64,000 bases of DNA from the human T2T-CHM13v2.0 reference genome, Homo sapiens. The notes beneath the pieces were generated by a model. The model saw nothing but the letters and a program-made list of their open reading frames with translations, had not been told where the DNA came from and searched no databases. The position numbers and the translations under genes are program-made. Numbering within the stretch: the first letter of the stretch is position 1; the number at the start of each line of letters is the position of its first letter. The stretch lies in assembly GCF_009914755.1 (NCBI RefSeq), contig NC_060925.1; one strand, given 5' to 3'. Below are positions 24,219 to 39,840 of this stretch, one piece after another.

Positions 24219-27200
24219 TATATATATAAAAAAGGATCTATTTTTGTGTAAATGTACAAATACTGTAAAGCTGTTTGCCATAAGTATTTTGCAGGAGGGT
24301 CTGTACTTGAGTGTTTTAGGACTGGAGCTGGAATTTCACCAAGGGGAAATTGCCTGTTGTGTCCCAGGGTGGGGAGGCTCGGGCATCTGTGAGAGACAGG
24401 GAGGGTGGCTAAGGTCCAGTTGCTTTTGAGTGCCCCGTGGAACTTGATGGGAATGGGGTTGGAAAACCTTGATTGCCTCCTCTGTCACATGCCACTCTTG
24501 GAGCTGGAGCTTAGTGATATGTCAATGAGAGATACTCTTGTCTTTTTTTTTTTTCTTTTCTTTTTTTTTTTGAGTTGAAATTAGGTAAAATCTCAACTCA
24601 AAAATCAAACTCAGGGAAGAGGCCCACTGAGGAGAACAAGTCTTCTGCATTTTCTTCCTGCCCTGCTCCCACCTTCTCGCCTCTGGCTGCTTGGATAGCT
24701 TGGTGACTCCTTCCTCACCCTCCTGCTTCTCTGTCTCTCCAAGAAGCCAGAGCTGCCTCTTTCCTTCCCTGGAAGAGATTTTATGGGATCGCTTCCTGAT
24801 AGAAGATGGGAAGGAGAGGGCAGAACTTTGCCTGCTGTCATATCTGAAGAATCACTGGTTCTTTCTGCATCCCAGGGGCGTAACTGATCTGACTCCTTGG
24901 GCTTTTTCCTGTATTGTGGAATATAGAGTGGACCATTGCAGGCTGGGTGTGGGTGAGGGCTTCGGTAACTGATGCCGGCAGCAGCGCCTCATGGAGTGGC
25001 AGGGGAGCTCTGTCTGTGGAGGGGTAGTAGTTTCCGCTTCCTGGAGGTTTGCAGTGAGGTGAGGAGAGTAACTTTGGTCAGGGATTCTCACTAGCAGCGT
25101 CATGGCCAGGATGCTTTACTTATTTGCAATACCACCTAGTGGATATGGCAACTGCAGAGCATAAAAGGGGCTCGGAAAAGCAGTTTTTACAAAGTATTTA
25201 AAAGGAGAGTATTTAAATCATAGGTACCTAAGTTGGAGCCTGAGGTTGAAATATTTGGGGTGGAGATTTCTAGCTTTCCTGAGAGCTGCTGCTTGGTGGT
25301 AGTGTTTTCTCTGGAAGTACAGATTCCTGACATTCTGGGTGGAGGGGAGCCCAAGTGAGCCTGAAGGAGTTCTGATTATAGAGTCCCGAGCCTCAGTTTC
25401 TGACTGCAGAAGAGCCAGAGATGTTCATTTCATTGTTGACCACCCTAGTGCTTGGTGGACTGTGCCCTTAGCTATCCCACTGTGGCTGCCATTGCCAGAA
25501 ACATTTTGGAGAACCTTTTCTTCCCATTGCTCTCAGAGCCTGTTCGAGCCATTCAGGTAAATTGGTCTCCATTATTACCTGGTCACACCAGATTTTCCCC
25601 CAGACTCAGCACCATCCAGTCTGATTCCCCGTTTCTGGGCTCAGTTTGACTCTAAATCTGTTTTGCTATTTTAAAAAGTCAAACCTGGTCCCCAGCAGAG
25701 CTTGCCACCCGGAGACTTTCAGGAGACCGTGCAGGCTCTGAAGGGAGCTCCCAGTCACAGCAGCCGCCTACTTGGAGCAAGGGAAGGCTCCCAAGATGCC
25801 TCCTTTGAAAGCCGGTGCTCACCAAGATCAGTTCAGGATCAATCATTATCCTTGTAGTCATGCCTTGATCAGTTCTGAGATGAAGCAGGGAATGCAGGCC
25901 TGGGTTAGCATCCTGAGGACACAGGGCCCCTGGCCTTGATGGCACTGGGCCGTGCTCAGGTGAAGCCCACCCGTGTCTGGGAGAGCCTTGGCTTTTCAGT
26001 GGGCAGCATGCTCAACTTTACTTGAAGCTCCCAGGTGCCAAACCATTTAGTGCCTTGGCTGTTTATCCCACTGCCTTGGAAGATGGACTCCTCTCATCTC
26101 TGAGCCTTTACCTAGCTGCTTCCTCATCTACCTGTGGTGTTGGGACCAAGCCTCCAATATCTCTGAATAGCCCACTCCTAGCTTGGAAACAGCTATAAGG
26201 GCTGCCCTGCCCCTTGTCAAATGATCACCAATTCTTGGTGGCTTGGCTGGGGACAATGAACAGTGTCTGCTGGGGTCTGTGACACACTGTTTCTGGAACA
26301 AGGAAGGGATGGAAGGCTCTACCCCTCCGTGGCAGCCCAGCATTTGGCCAACTCTGTATCTGAACTTGAGCTTTCTATGGAACAAACAATGGTCTTAGTT
26401 TTTTAAGAGCCTCTGGGTCTCTGATTCCATGGAGAGTCAGGAGTAGAATTAGTGGACCAGAAACCATGACATTTGCCATCTAGGTACTCTGCTGTTCAGG
26501 GTGGAGGCACCGATGAGCAGAGTGGGGTGATGTTGGTTGTATGTGCATAGAAGTCCCCTGGCTCCAGAGCCATCCAGTGGTGCTTGGTTCTCTCTTCCTG
26601 CCCAGGTATTGTGTGTGGACCAAGTGTTTAGGAAACAAGCATAGAAGCATTATGTCACAGGAAGGCCTGGCCTCTCACTCCTTCACACTAATGAGCCTTC
26701 TACTGACCCAAGTTTCTTTTTCTCGGGCAGCCTGGGACCACTATGAGCAGAGAGATGGGAGTCTGTGTAAGAAGGATGCAAGTATCCTTTGATTTGGAGT
26801 GGACAGAGCAGGTCCTTGCAAAGGCAGTGGGTTAAACAACGGGATGTCTGTGGGACAGGCCAGGGAAGGAGGGCAGAGACAGGGTCTCCAGTTCACCTTG
26901 CCGCAGAACTAGCCTAATCGTCCCTGCTTCTGGTCTTGGCCACTTGGCAATCATGGGGAAGTTGACTCCCCGCCTCACTTGGGCTTGGAGCTGGATACTC
27001 GTGGCCACGCCCAGGATAGGTTGCCAGAGTTTCATTAGGCCGCTGGGTCGGGCTGGAGGCTTGTGTACACCTCGGAGCAGTCGGGCAGCAGGAGGGCCGG
27101 AAGCCTGGTTGGTTTGTATATGACCTCTCTTGCCCTTGTGCACTTTCCTTGATTTAGCAACCTTGACCTGCACTGGCCCTCACAGCTGTTGGAGGGAAGT

Positions 27201-27723
27201 AGCCTCTTGCAGGGAAATATTTTCCCCTGCCCTGGAATCTCCTATGTGCCTGTTAAAGATTCCAGGGCCAAGAACTCGGCAGGCTGAGGAGCAGCTAGGT
27301 AGGTGGGTTATGCGGTTCAGGACTGCTTCTGGAAGGGACTGCCTGTACTTCTGTACCACCGTTGCCCTTTACACTTTGCTCAGGGCGGGGTGGGGGAAGC
27401 ATTCAAACAAAACAAGGAAGGGAACTGTCTGGCAAAGCATAAGTGGATGCATCCAGAGCTCAGTCCCCTTTAATCTTTTGTCTCTGGGCGTTCTGCTGCC
27501 TTCCTCATACCGGGGACTGGCATTCCAGGTCAGCTTGGCTGTGGTCTTAGAGGCAGGGAGTGCCTACCCAGTCCTGCCTCAGGAGCAGGGTGAGTAGCTA
27601 AATACAGACTTAGGCTTTTTTTTCCCCCCTTTTAAGATGCTTGCTCCTCTCCCTTTTCTTTTTACCACCCTACCTTTATTGTTAGTGGTTACAAAGTGAC
27701 CACATATTATGTACTTTGCTGTA

Positions 27724-27729
27724 AATAAA
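27724..27729 (+). terminator. Distal poly(A) signal AATAAA of UCK2
   Basis: Canonical hexamer preceded by tgta elements and followed by a GT-rich stretch (ttctgtgtgatg). Confidence 0.75.
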
Positions 27730-28281
27730 GACAGACAAAAAGGCTCTCGCCTTCTGTGTGATGCTTGGCCCAGAGCAGCGACCGAATCCTGGCTGTGTGG
27801 CCCAAGTGGCTCAGGAAGGGCCATGCTGTGCATGTGTGGTGTAGATGTCACTGGGCCTGCTGTCACGAAGCCTCATGATCCTGGGGTGTATGTGGGGCAG
27901 ACCCCAGGCCTCACCTGGGCTCAGATACTGGTTCAGGTTAGTGGACTTGCAGTTCTTGTCAAGTGGGAAGCCCGGGCCAGGGTTTCTGGGAGCCTTTGGT
28001 TCTTAGGACAACCTGGCGCTATGTTCCCCTGATTCCATCCAGTTTACCTGGCCTCTGCCCCATTGCCTTCCTTAGGCTGGTGACCCAGCCCCTTCCTTGC
28101 TCAAACAAACCCTTTTAAAGTAAACTTTTTTGAGGGAGATGGGTGGAAGATGAGGAAAGTTTACATTATAACAACACAAACAGTTCCATGTTGTCCACAC
28201 GCAGTGAATGGATGTATGTGTGTGTCTATCCCTGTTTTTCAAAGACCTAGGCTACCCACCAAAGATAGATGATTGGCTTTT

Positions 28282-28572
28282 GTCAGGGTGTGGTGGCTCA
28301 TGCCTATAATCCCAGCACTTTGAGAGGCCAGGGCAGGAGGACTGCTTGAGGCCAGGAGTTTGAGACCAGCCTGGGCAAGAGGGTGAAACCCCATCTCTAC
28401 TAAACAAAAATTAGCTAGGTGTGGTGGCACATGCCTGTAATCCTAGCTACTCGGGAAGCTGAAGCACGAGAATCACTTGAACGCAGGAGGCAGAAATTGC
28501 AGTGAGCTGAGATCACACCGCTGCACACCACTGCAACAGAGCAAGACTGTCTCAAAAAAAAAAAGGAAAAAA
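28282..28572 (+). mobile_element. Alu, sense
   Basis: gtggtggctcatgcctataatcccagcactttg...agactgtctc + poly-A. Confidence 0.9.
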
Positions 28573-29304
28573 ATACGGCTTCTCTGTTGTTTGTGGTGCC
28601 CTATCCCCTATCAGCTTGCCACCTTTCTTAGCTTCTCATTCAACTCTTCTACCACTGCCTACCAGGCACCCAATGACTGTCATTGATGAGCAGAGCCATT
28701 TTCTTTCTAGCCACTCACTCCACTCTGACAGGTGCAACCCCATCTGTGAATTTAGCAGGTTTTTAACAGGATCTGCCCTCAAAAGGTGGCTATTTTAAAC
28801 AACACGCAGGTGCCCCTGCAAGAGCTAATGTAAGCATTGTCAACTTCTGGCAGGTGAAGACATCGTGTGTCACAGTGAGTGGCTTGCCTGGTGTCACACA
28901 GGCAGTGGTCGTGCAAGCCGGTGCTTAGCTGTGGTTCAGTTTCCCTCTGCACTGCTCGCAGTCTCACCTGTCCCAAGCCGACCACCTCTGGACTTTGATG
29001 CTTTGCTTGGGATGCCAGTTGGTTCTCACAGTGTGTTTCTGCACCTTTGTTGTAGTTAGAGGGGACCGTGGTACAGGCCAGTAATGCCCCAGAGTTGATT
29101 TTTTATTTTTGTCTCCCCACCCTTGTGTCACAACATCCTCTGAGCCATCCTCCAGCTCCACAGCTAGGAGGAGACGCCTGTTTGACTAGTGCTGCTTTAA
29201 TCAAACCCTAATTGGGGCAGATTAAAAGAAACTTGTTAGGACCTGCTGAAAGGTTTTAAATAAGGGGTGGAGAAGGAGACTTGGGATGTGGGAAAGTGCT
29301 TTGA

Positions 29305-29665
<361 letters not shown>

Positions 29666-29749
29666 TTTAGATTTCTATTTTAAAGCAGACTGTAATCAGA
29701 TCACTTCCTAAACCCAGAATGAAGTAAAGCTACTTGCTAGATTTTGGAT

Positions 29750-29804
29750 TGTGTGTGTGTGTGTGTGTGTGCGCGTGTGTATACACACACACACACACAT
29801 ATGC
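29750..29804. repeat. (TG)n...(CA)n alternating purine-pyrimidine tract
   Basis: tgtgtg...gcgcgtgtgtatacacacac...atatgc. Confidence 0.9.
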
Positions 29805-30610
29805 TTATAATTTTTTCATGAACTAAAATAACAAAATACCAAGTAAAAAAATGTGAGTTAGGACTAAACCAAGATATATGTTCTCAATTAAATGAATGGA
29901 GGTGAGGGGCAGGAGAATATGAAGTTGTGCCTTATACACACTCCCTTTTCATACAGTCAAATCCACGCTTAGCATTGCCTTTTCATATTAGGGTGTGTTT
30001 GGTCTAGATCCAATGGTGCCTATGGACTAGATCCAATGGTGCCTATGACATGGTGCCCAGAATGAAAACAGTGCAGGGTTTAATGCAGTGTTCACTGAAT
30101 TCTGACTGTTCTGGTCCAGGGAAAGCCACCATGGCCTCTGCCTAAATAGCTCACATGTGATGGTGGAATTCTATGCTGAAAAGCCCAGGAGTTTTTCACC
30201 CAAGATAATTGTAGTTGTGGATGTTCTCAAGATTTCTCTTTATAATGGCATGTGCTTTCTCTTCTGTTTCTGAAATTTCCAGTTTGCATTGTAATGTTCA
30301 TATTCACCTTTTCCAGCTCTCGTTACACTTTTCATTTTATCCTTAAAACAGTCCTGCGAAATATATAAGGAATGTGGTCATGCTCCAGTTTTACTGAGAA
30401 GGAAACTTGATTTAAACCCAAAGCAACTGCTGCGAAGTAGGACAGGCTGTATAGTCAGGTTGTCTGATGTGTGCCTGCCATCTAATGGTGGGATTCAGAT
30501 TGCAACAGGAAGGTTGTTTTGGTTGCTGAACTTGGCATATGCTTGGCTACCATGGTTTATGAGAGTTGTTGGAATGTCCCTAGAAGTCTCTTTTTTTTCT
30601 GGAAAAAAAA

Positions 30611-31116
<506 letters not shown>

Positions 31117-32726
31117 GGGAGGGAATCTTTTATAACAAACTGTACAGATGAATCAGATGAACAGGCGGGGTTGGAAATGAGGGGCCTTGTGTATTTAACC
31201 ATATAGACCATTAAAATCTATAGTGTTCATTGTGTTGGGGATCCCATTTCTCCCAGAAATGTCCTATGTGTTGCTTAAGGAGCTCCCCTGCCTGCATGGA
31301 GACTGGAAAGAGGGTTTCGAGGCTGCCCCCAAGCCCATTCAAAGCCAGCACTGTTCTCTAAGGTTGTCAGACCCCAGGAGGTTCTAGGCTGGAATTTTCC
31401 TGGGAATGTTCCTTAGGATGTCTGCTAGAACTGGGGTGCTTTTAGAAGTTAGCGAGCCCAGTGGCCTTCAAACATGTTTTGGCTATGGATCCCTTCAGGA
31501 AATCTTACCTGAAGTTTCAACATGCAAATCAGAGGAAAGCAAAGCTGTGTGGTTGAAACTGGCAAGGGGTGTCTGGAGCCTCCCCTTAGCCTCTCCCTTG
31601 AGCTTGGAAACCATTTAAACCCAGGCTTCTCACTTCACAGATGACGAAATAGACCCAGAAGCAAAGTGACCAGGTCAAGAGCCCATTGTTGGGCTGTAGG
31701 TCTGCAGTGGATTGGATTAGGGCTTTACAGAGAACTGAACACTGTTTACAAGTTATGTTTGGTTAGTTGATATCCGCTGAGTTCTGTAAAAGGGACTCCA
31801 CCTTCTCCTCAAGGACCTCAGTGTTGGCTGGCCTCAACCAAGTGGGGAGGTGGCTTGTTTGGGGAAATATCTCTGGAGTTAAACAGACCTGGATTAAAAA
31901 CTTGGCTCCCTCACTTAATAGCTGGTCTTGGGGAAGCTGTTTGGCTTCAGTGTCTACATCCATAACCCAGGGCTAACCTCCTTGTTTTGCCTAGAGTATT
32001 GAATGAGACTTTACAGGTAGAGTGGCAGGACAGTGTTGGCACAAGAGCTGCCCAGTGAGTGGTGGCTGATTTTGTGCTTCTAGTCTATCCCTGGTGCTTG
32101 GGTTGTGGGTGAGGCTGTGTTGTCCAGAGATCTGGGAGTGGCTGGCTGGCTTGGGAAAGAATACCTAAACTAGACTTCTCAGCAGCCACTGCTAGAGCCC
32201 TGCCCCTAGGCTAAACTCAGCTGTTGCAGAGAAGGGTTTAGTAAAACCAAAGCAGGATATTTTGATCAGACATCAAATGGGTTTTAGAGCTTGGCCTACC
32301 CCTGGAGCTCTGTGCCTCGCAGGCTGAGACACACCCATTTCTGGGCCCTTTGCCAATCCCGATGCCCACTTTGGGGTGAGGTTGTGATATGGAAGTTTGG
32401 TTCGGGGATGGCGTAAGGAAGGATATCTGTTGCACATATTATTTAGTAATTTTAAAGGGATCCTACAATTTAATGGTGTGTGTTTCACCATTTCTTCAAA
32501 ATAGTGAAAATCAAAAAGTCCTGGCATCAAAACGAAAGGGTCTAATATTGTGTCCTCTGATTCTTCAGCTAAAGGGGCTGCCTAGGGGGTCAGACAAGCT
32601 GAGGGACACTTGGCATCTTTAGTGAGACAGTCTACATCGTGCCTGGAACCCCTTTAGGCCTAGTGTCCGCCTCTATTCAGGGTGTTCCAGTACCCTGGCT
32701 GATGAAAATACCCCATCTTTGTCAGT

Positions 32727-33218
32727 TGGGGTTTATATACATATATTTTGTGGGGGAGTGCCATGAACCCCTCTAGCAGGCTACAGAAGGACCCCTTCTC
32801 AGAATGTTTTTACATACATGAAATAACACCCCACAAATATCAAAGGAAATAAATTGCAGTACAGTTACCAAAACATAAAGACAAATCTGGGATATGGTAA
32901 GGTATGTGTTGCTTTAGTAACACGTCAAATAACAAGATCCAGCAGCAGGTCTAATATCTACCAAAATTGTGTGGTAGTGATGCACCTGAGTGATATTTTG
33001 CAATTCTGTAACAACAATAATGTGTTATGAAAATAACTGATTTCTGTTGCTGACAAACAAATACAGCCAATATTTCTATGATGCCTACAAATTGCCTTCA
33101 TAATGGAAGCAATTGCTAACTTTCAGTTAGAGGATAGTGAAAAGATAGATGTCATTTTTCAAGTTCATGGATTACCTGAATTCTGCTCAGTGCTTTATCC
33201 TCAGGTTATGAACCCCTG
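32727..33218 (+). mobile_element. Charlie4a-like hAT DNA transposon
   Basis: gtgccatgaacccct...gaccccttctcagaatgttttt...aaataacaagatccagcagcaggtctaata...caggttatgaacccctg. Confidence 0.8.
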
Positions 33219-33339
33219 TCCAGATCCAAATCATCCTAGTCACCTGGAGACTAAGTTAGACCGAAGATTTTCCTCTTTACCCTGTGTGTGGAATGAGCTG
33301 AGCCTCAGTCAGTGGTGCTAGGCTTCTTGTGAGATAATT

Positions 33340-33912
33340 GTACTGGCTCTGGCCAGTAGAAACAATTTTAAAACATTCTTGGAACCACTTTTAAAAGAGT
33401 AAAAGGCAGGACTGGGTGCAGTGGCTCGTGCCTGTAATCAGTGCTTTGGGAGGTCAAGGTGGGAGGATGGTTTGAGGCCAGGAGTTTGAGACCAGCTTGG
33501 GCAACATAGTAAGACTCCTGGCATCGTGGTGCGTACCTAGAGTCCTACTTGGGTGGCTGATGTGGGACGATCACTTGAGCTTGAGAGTTTGAGACTGCAG
33601 GAGCTGTGATCACACCACTGCATTCCTGCCTTGGTGACAGAGTGAGACCCTGTCACACACACACAAAAACAAAACAAAAAACTCAAAACAGGTGAAATTT
33701 ATTTTTGCATTATATTTTATTCATATAAACTATCCAAAATATTATTTTAATATGTAATTAATATAAAATTATTCATGAGATTTTTGCATGCTTTTTTTGT
33801 ACAGAGTCTTTGGTGTGTCTATTTTGCATTCATGGCACATCTCAATTTGGACTAACCACATGTCAAGGGGCTCAATGGCCACATGCCTAGTGGCCATGTC
33901 ACTGGGCAGCAC
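33340..33912. mobile_element. MER33-like hAT element interrupted by a sense AluJ-like element (~33409-33690)
   Basis: aaacaggtgaaatttatttt...gcacatctcaatttggactaaccacat...tggccacatgcctagtggc; Alu text in between. Confidence 0.75.
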
Positions 33913-35389
33913 CGGTCAATATAGTTAGAATTATATCATGTCAGGGCTGGGCAAGGCTGCAGTTGAATCCTATTGTTTTACCTAAGGGGAAATTGGGGTT
34001 CAGAGAAACAAGGTGATTTGTCCAAGGTCATGGTTAGCTAGTTAGAGAGCAAGGCTTTGGTTAGGCCCTGGTCTAGTGGATGTTCTACCATCACACTGCC
34101 TTTTGGTAAAGGTTATGTTTTCCTAGCCCTAAGTCTGATGGAAGGCAGGAGAAACTCAGGCTTTGGGGGTTCTGCCTCTGAAAGCCCAGTGATGAGTGAT
34201 GCCAGGAGGACAGCTAACCAGAGCCAAGGAGAGGAAGGCCTGGAACATGAAGGCTTCAGAGGATATACTGATGGGAGATGGGGTCACCTCATAGCAGGAA
34301 GAGTAAATGTTTTAAGGAATGGATGAAGAGAAAGTGAATCTCTCTCAAAGAAATCCAGGGTGGAGAGAAGTAAACAGTAAGTTGCCAAAAAGAAATATGA
34401 TAAACTGGCAAAATATTTGCAATGATATTGAATAGATGGGAACACATTAAAGTCCATTTATTCCACAGAGGTTAAGAGGAGATGACTGGAATGAATGGAA
34501 GGTGGAAATGACTGGTAATCAAAGGAAAAGAGGAGGAAATAGTAGAATGCTCTAGTTCTTACCTAAAAACAGATAAGGGAAGACACCAGGGAATTGTCCT
34601 TTTCCTTGCACCTCCATCATCTACCCCGAGACGCCACCCTGACAGCTTGCTTGTCCATGGCACTGTGGGTGTGTATGGTGAGTGGCCTCTTCTGCACTGG
34701 TGGCTCCTTGAGAGCCCGGAGCATGTCTGGCTCCTCTTAGTGTCCCCAACACGTGGGATGGCAGGTTCCTGCTGCAGAGCAGGTGCTTGGCAAGCATTTG
34801 AAAAACAAATGGGAATAAAGGAGTGAGTGACTGAGGGAGAGCTGTTCTGCAGCACAGGACAGGCACAGAGTCGGGGCCCTCGCTGTACTCTCAACGCCCC
34901 ACTCTTTCCTGGGGACATTTGTAGATTGCTCACTTCTGTCAGTCCTCTTCATCTGAGAGATGAGAGTGTCATCTCTGCCCTCCTCAATTTAGTGGTTTAG
35001 AAGACCATGTGAAATAATCGATATAACATGAATTGGAAGCAAAAAAAAAAACTATAACACAAACATATACTGTGTTACTTATTTTCAGTACAAAGTGCAA
35101 CTGGGCCAAAGTGGTATTAAGAATTGATCGAGTTCAGCCCTGACCAATGTATTTGTAAGGAAAATAAGATGTCCACACAAAGCCAGAAAGCAGATTAGAG
35201 CAGATGAAAACAGCAAAGTGGATTCAGGGAATCAAAGCCTGTGTCAGCCAGGCTTGGGGCAATGTCTGTGAGCTAGCAGGAAGCATGAAGACAATGTTCA
35301 CTCAAGGTGTCAACTTGTCATAAGACCTAAGTACCCCACTACCAGAGAGTTAGCCCCACCATACTGAACATCACTGAGGGAGGCTCTTT

Positions 35390-35815
35390 CAGTGAGGACT
35401 AGGTTCAATGGCACATAATAGAAAAACAAAGAACCAAAACAACTGGCTTAGGCAAGGTAGAAGTTGACTTTTCTCACAGAAGTCTAGGGTGTGGAAGTCT
35501 GGAGCTAATATGGTGGTTTCATCATATCGTAAGGGACTCAGGCTCCCGTTCCTATCATCAGCACTTGGTTGATGCTTTCAAAGTCACTTTATGGTCTGAA
35601 AAGGCTGCTGGAATCACAGTCAGCAGATCTTCATTCTATACAGAAGGAAGAAGAGATGAAGGGCATGCCTTATTCCTGTTAAGGAAGACTTTCCAGAAAC
35701 ACCACATGACACTTCTGCTTACATCTCTTTGGCCAGAACTTAGTCTAGGTCTACATCTACCTGCTAAGGAGGTTGAGATATGTGATCCTTTTAGTTGACT
35801 GCATGCCTACCCTGA
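35390..35815. mobile_element. Old MLT1-family (ERVL-MaLR) solo LTR
   Basis: aactggcttaggcaaggtagaag...acttctgcttacatctctttggccagaacttagtc. Confidence 0.65.
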
Positions 35816-36294
35816 ATAAAATAAGAAATGTGCAATGATAATATAACCAAAAAGAAACAATCAAGCATGACAAGCACTCAGTCAATGACATCTATTAATA
35901 TAATTTTATTTTTAAAAAACAGCTTTATTGAGGTATAAAGGGCATAAAATAAACTACACACATTTAAAGTGTTTAATTTGATAAATTTGAGATATGTATC
36001 CACCTCTGAAACCATCACCAAAATCAAGATGGTGAACATTCATCGCCTCCTAAAGTTTCCTCATGCTCCCTTGTAATCCTCCCTCCTACTCCAGGGAACC
36101 ACTGACCTGCCTTCTTCTCACTAGAGATTACTTTGTGTTTTATAGAATTTTATATAAGTGGAATCATATTGTATGTACTCCTTTTCTTTTTGTTTGGCTT
36201 TTTTTCACTCAGCACAATTTTGTGATTCATCCATGTTTTGTATATCAAAGTTTCGCTCATTGTTTTGGAGGAGGGTTGTTTGTTTTCTTATTGA

Positions 36295-36434
36295 GTTTTT
36301 TTTTTTTTTTCGTTAAGAGAGATGGGGTCTTGCCATATTGCCCAGGCTGGTTTTGAACTCCTGGCCTCAAGTGATCCTCCTGCCTCAGCCTCCCAAAGTG
36401 CTGGGATTACAGATATGAACTACCATACCTGGCC
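36295..36434 (-). mobile_element. FLAM-like Alu monomer
   Basis: poly-T + gagatggggtcttgccatattgcccaggctgg... Confidence 0.85.
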
Positions 36435-36586
36435 TTCTTTACTGAGTTTTGAGAGTTCTTTACGTATTCTGGGTACAAGTCACTTTCAGATTTATACTCT
36501 GCAAGTATTTTCTCTTATTCCATGGCTTGTCTTTCTTTTCTTAAACGACACTGTTTTTAGAAAGCTCTTGTTTTAAATTTTGATGA

Positions 36587-37667
<1,081 letters not shown>

Positions 37668-37691
37668 TAAAAGTTTTATAGTTTTAGGTGG

Positions 37692-37983
37692 GTTTTTTTT
37701 TCATTATTATTTTTTTTCATTCTGTCACCCAAGCTGGAGTACAGTGGCGCAATTATGGCTCACTGCAGCCTTGACCTCCTGGGCTCAAGTGATTCTCCTG
37801 CCTCAGCCTCCTGAGTACCTGGGATTGCAGCTGTGCAACACAATGACTGGCTAAGTTTTTGAGTTTTTGAGACAAGGTCTTGCTATGTTGTCTAGGCTGG
37901 TCTCAAACTCCTGAGCTAAAGCAATCCTTCTGCCTCAGCCTCCCAAAGCGCTGGCATTACTGGCCTGAAACACTGCACCTGGT
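37692..37983 (-). mobile_element. Alu (AluJ-like), antisense
   Basis: tggctcactgcagccttgacctcctgggctcaag. Confidence 0.85.
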
Positions 37984-39528
37984 AAGTTAATTTTTTAAGA
38001 TGGTGTGAGGTAATATCATTATTTTACATGTGCTATCCATGTGTTTTAGCACCATAATTGAAGACTGTCCTTTCTCTTTTGAATTGCCTTTGCTCCTTTG
38101 TGAAAAAGTCATTTGTCCATATATGTGGGTCTGTTTCTAGACTCTGTTCCATTGATTTGTCTATCTTGACATCTATACCACACTGTCTTAATTACTGTAG
38201 CTTTATAATAAATCTTGAAATCTAGTAGTGTCAGCTCTCCAACTTTATTTTTTGTCAAAATCGTTTTGGCAGTTCTGAGTTCTTTGCATTTCTATATAAA
38301 TTTTAAAGAATCAGCTTGTCAATTTCTACAAAAAATGCTGGGACTTTAATTGGGATGGTGTTGAATCCATAGATCAATTTGGGGACAGCTGACATTTTAA
38401 CAGTGTTATGTCTTTTGATTTATGAACAAGATATATCTATCCATTTATTTTGGTCTTTAAAAGTGTCTCAGCAATGTTTTATTGTTTTAAATGTATAAGT
38501 CTTAAATATCTTTTATCAGATGTATCCCTACATATTTTATATTTTATGATGCTATTGTGAATAGTATTTTTTTAGAAGTCCAACTTAACGATTGTTTATT
38601 GCAAGCATATAAGAATACAATTGATTTTTATATATTGGTCTTTTATTCTGCAATCTTGCTAAATTCACTATTTTTAGAGTGGTGTTAGAAGACAGCAGAG
38701 AGAAAACAGTGGTTCAACCTATCCTGTTTAACCAAAAGTTGAGATTTTTTATGTTCACTTTTATCCTCTTTTTAGGTTTGAAAATTACACACATTATATT
38801 TTTCTTACTTTAGTGGCCATCTTTTAAAATTGACATGGATAGTTGACAAAATCTGAATTTAATCAGTATTTCTCTCCTCTTCCTAAACAATATGAAAGCT
38901 TTGAAAGCTTAAACTCTGACCACTCTGTCTATCTTACATGTTATTGATGTTAAGTATTATAGTTCCACCTTGCTTTTATATTCTTGACATTAGTTACGAT
39001 TACTGTTTTATCCTGTCAGTGCTCATTTAGATTTTCCCAGATTATTACTAATGACTTTGTTCACTATTTTATTTTGCATTGTCAATCTTGGTTATGGATT
39101 CAGTTTTCTTCATAACACACATTTTTTTCATAATTATTTGTCAGAATTATTAGTGGGACACTCTTTGTTGGAAAATGCCTTTTTTTACCCTCATTCTTGA
39201 GTTATAATTTAGCTGTTTCTCTCAACATTTTGGATAGATTGGTCTTCTGTTTTCTGTCTTTTAAAAAGATTTCTCTTTGATGTTTTGCAATTTCTTATGA
39301 TGTGTTGAAATGTGGATTTATTTTTATTTACCCTACTTAGGGCATGTGCTTCCTGAAGGCGAGTTCTATGTGTTTCATCTATTCTAGAAAATTTATAGCT
39401 ATTATCTTTTCTAATGTTGCCTTCTCACTTTTCTCTCTGTTTTCTATCTTTTGATCTGTGGTTCCATGTACATAGGACCTTTTGCTCTTTCTTCTAAGTC
39501 TCTTACTCTCTTATTTTATTTTTAATCT

Positions 39529-39840
<312 letters not shown>

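Larger units (their letters stand above)
23951..27750 (+). other. UCK2: UCK2 long 3' UTR
   Basis: Follows the stop codon; largely repeat-free; ends at AATAAA 27724-27729 with upstream UGUA and downstream GU-rich sequence; exact cleavage site estimated. Confidence 0.75.

Noticed and set aside
27130-27597. 155-aa ORF in the UCK2 3' UTR
   Set aside because: Starts at TTG, no recognisable homology
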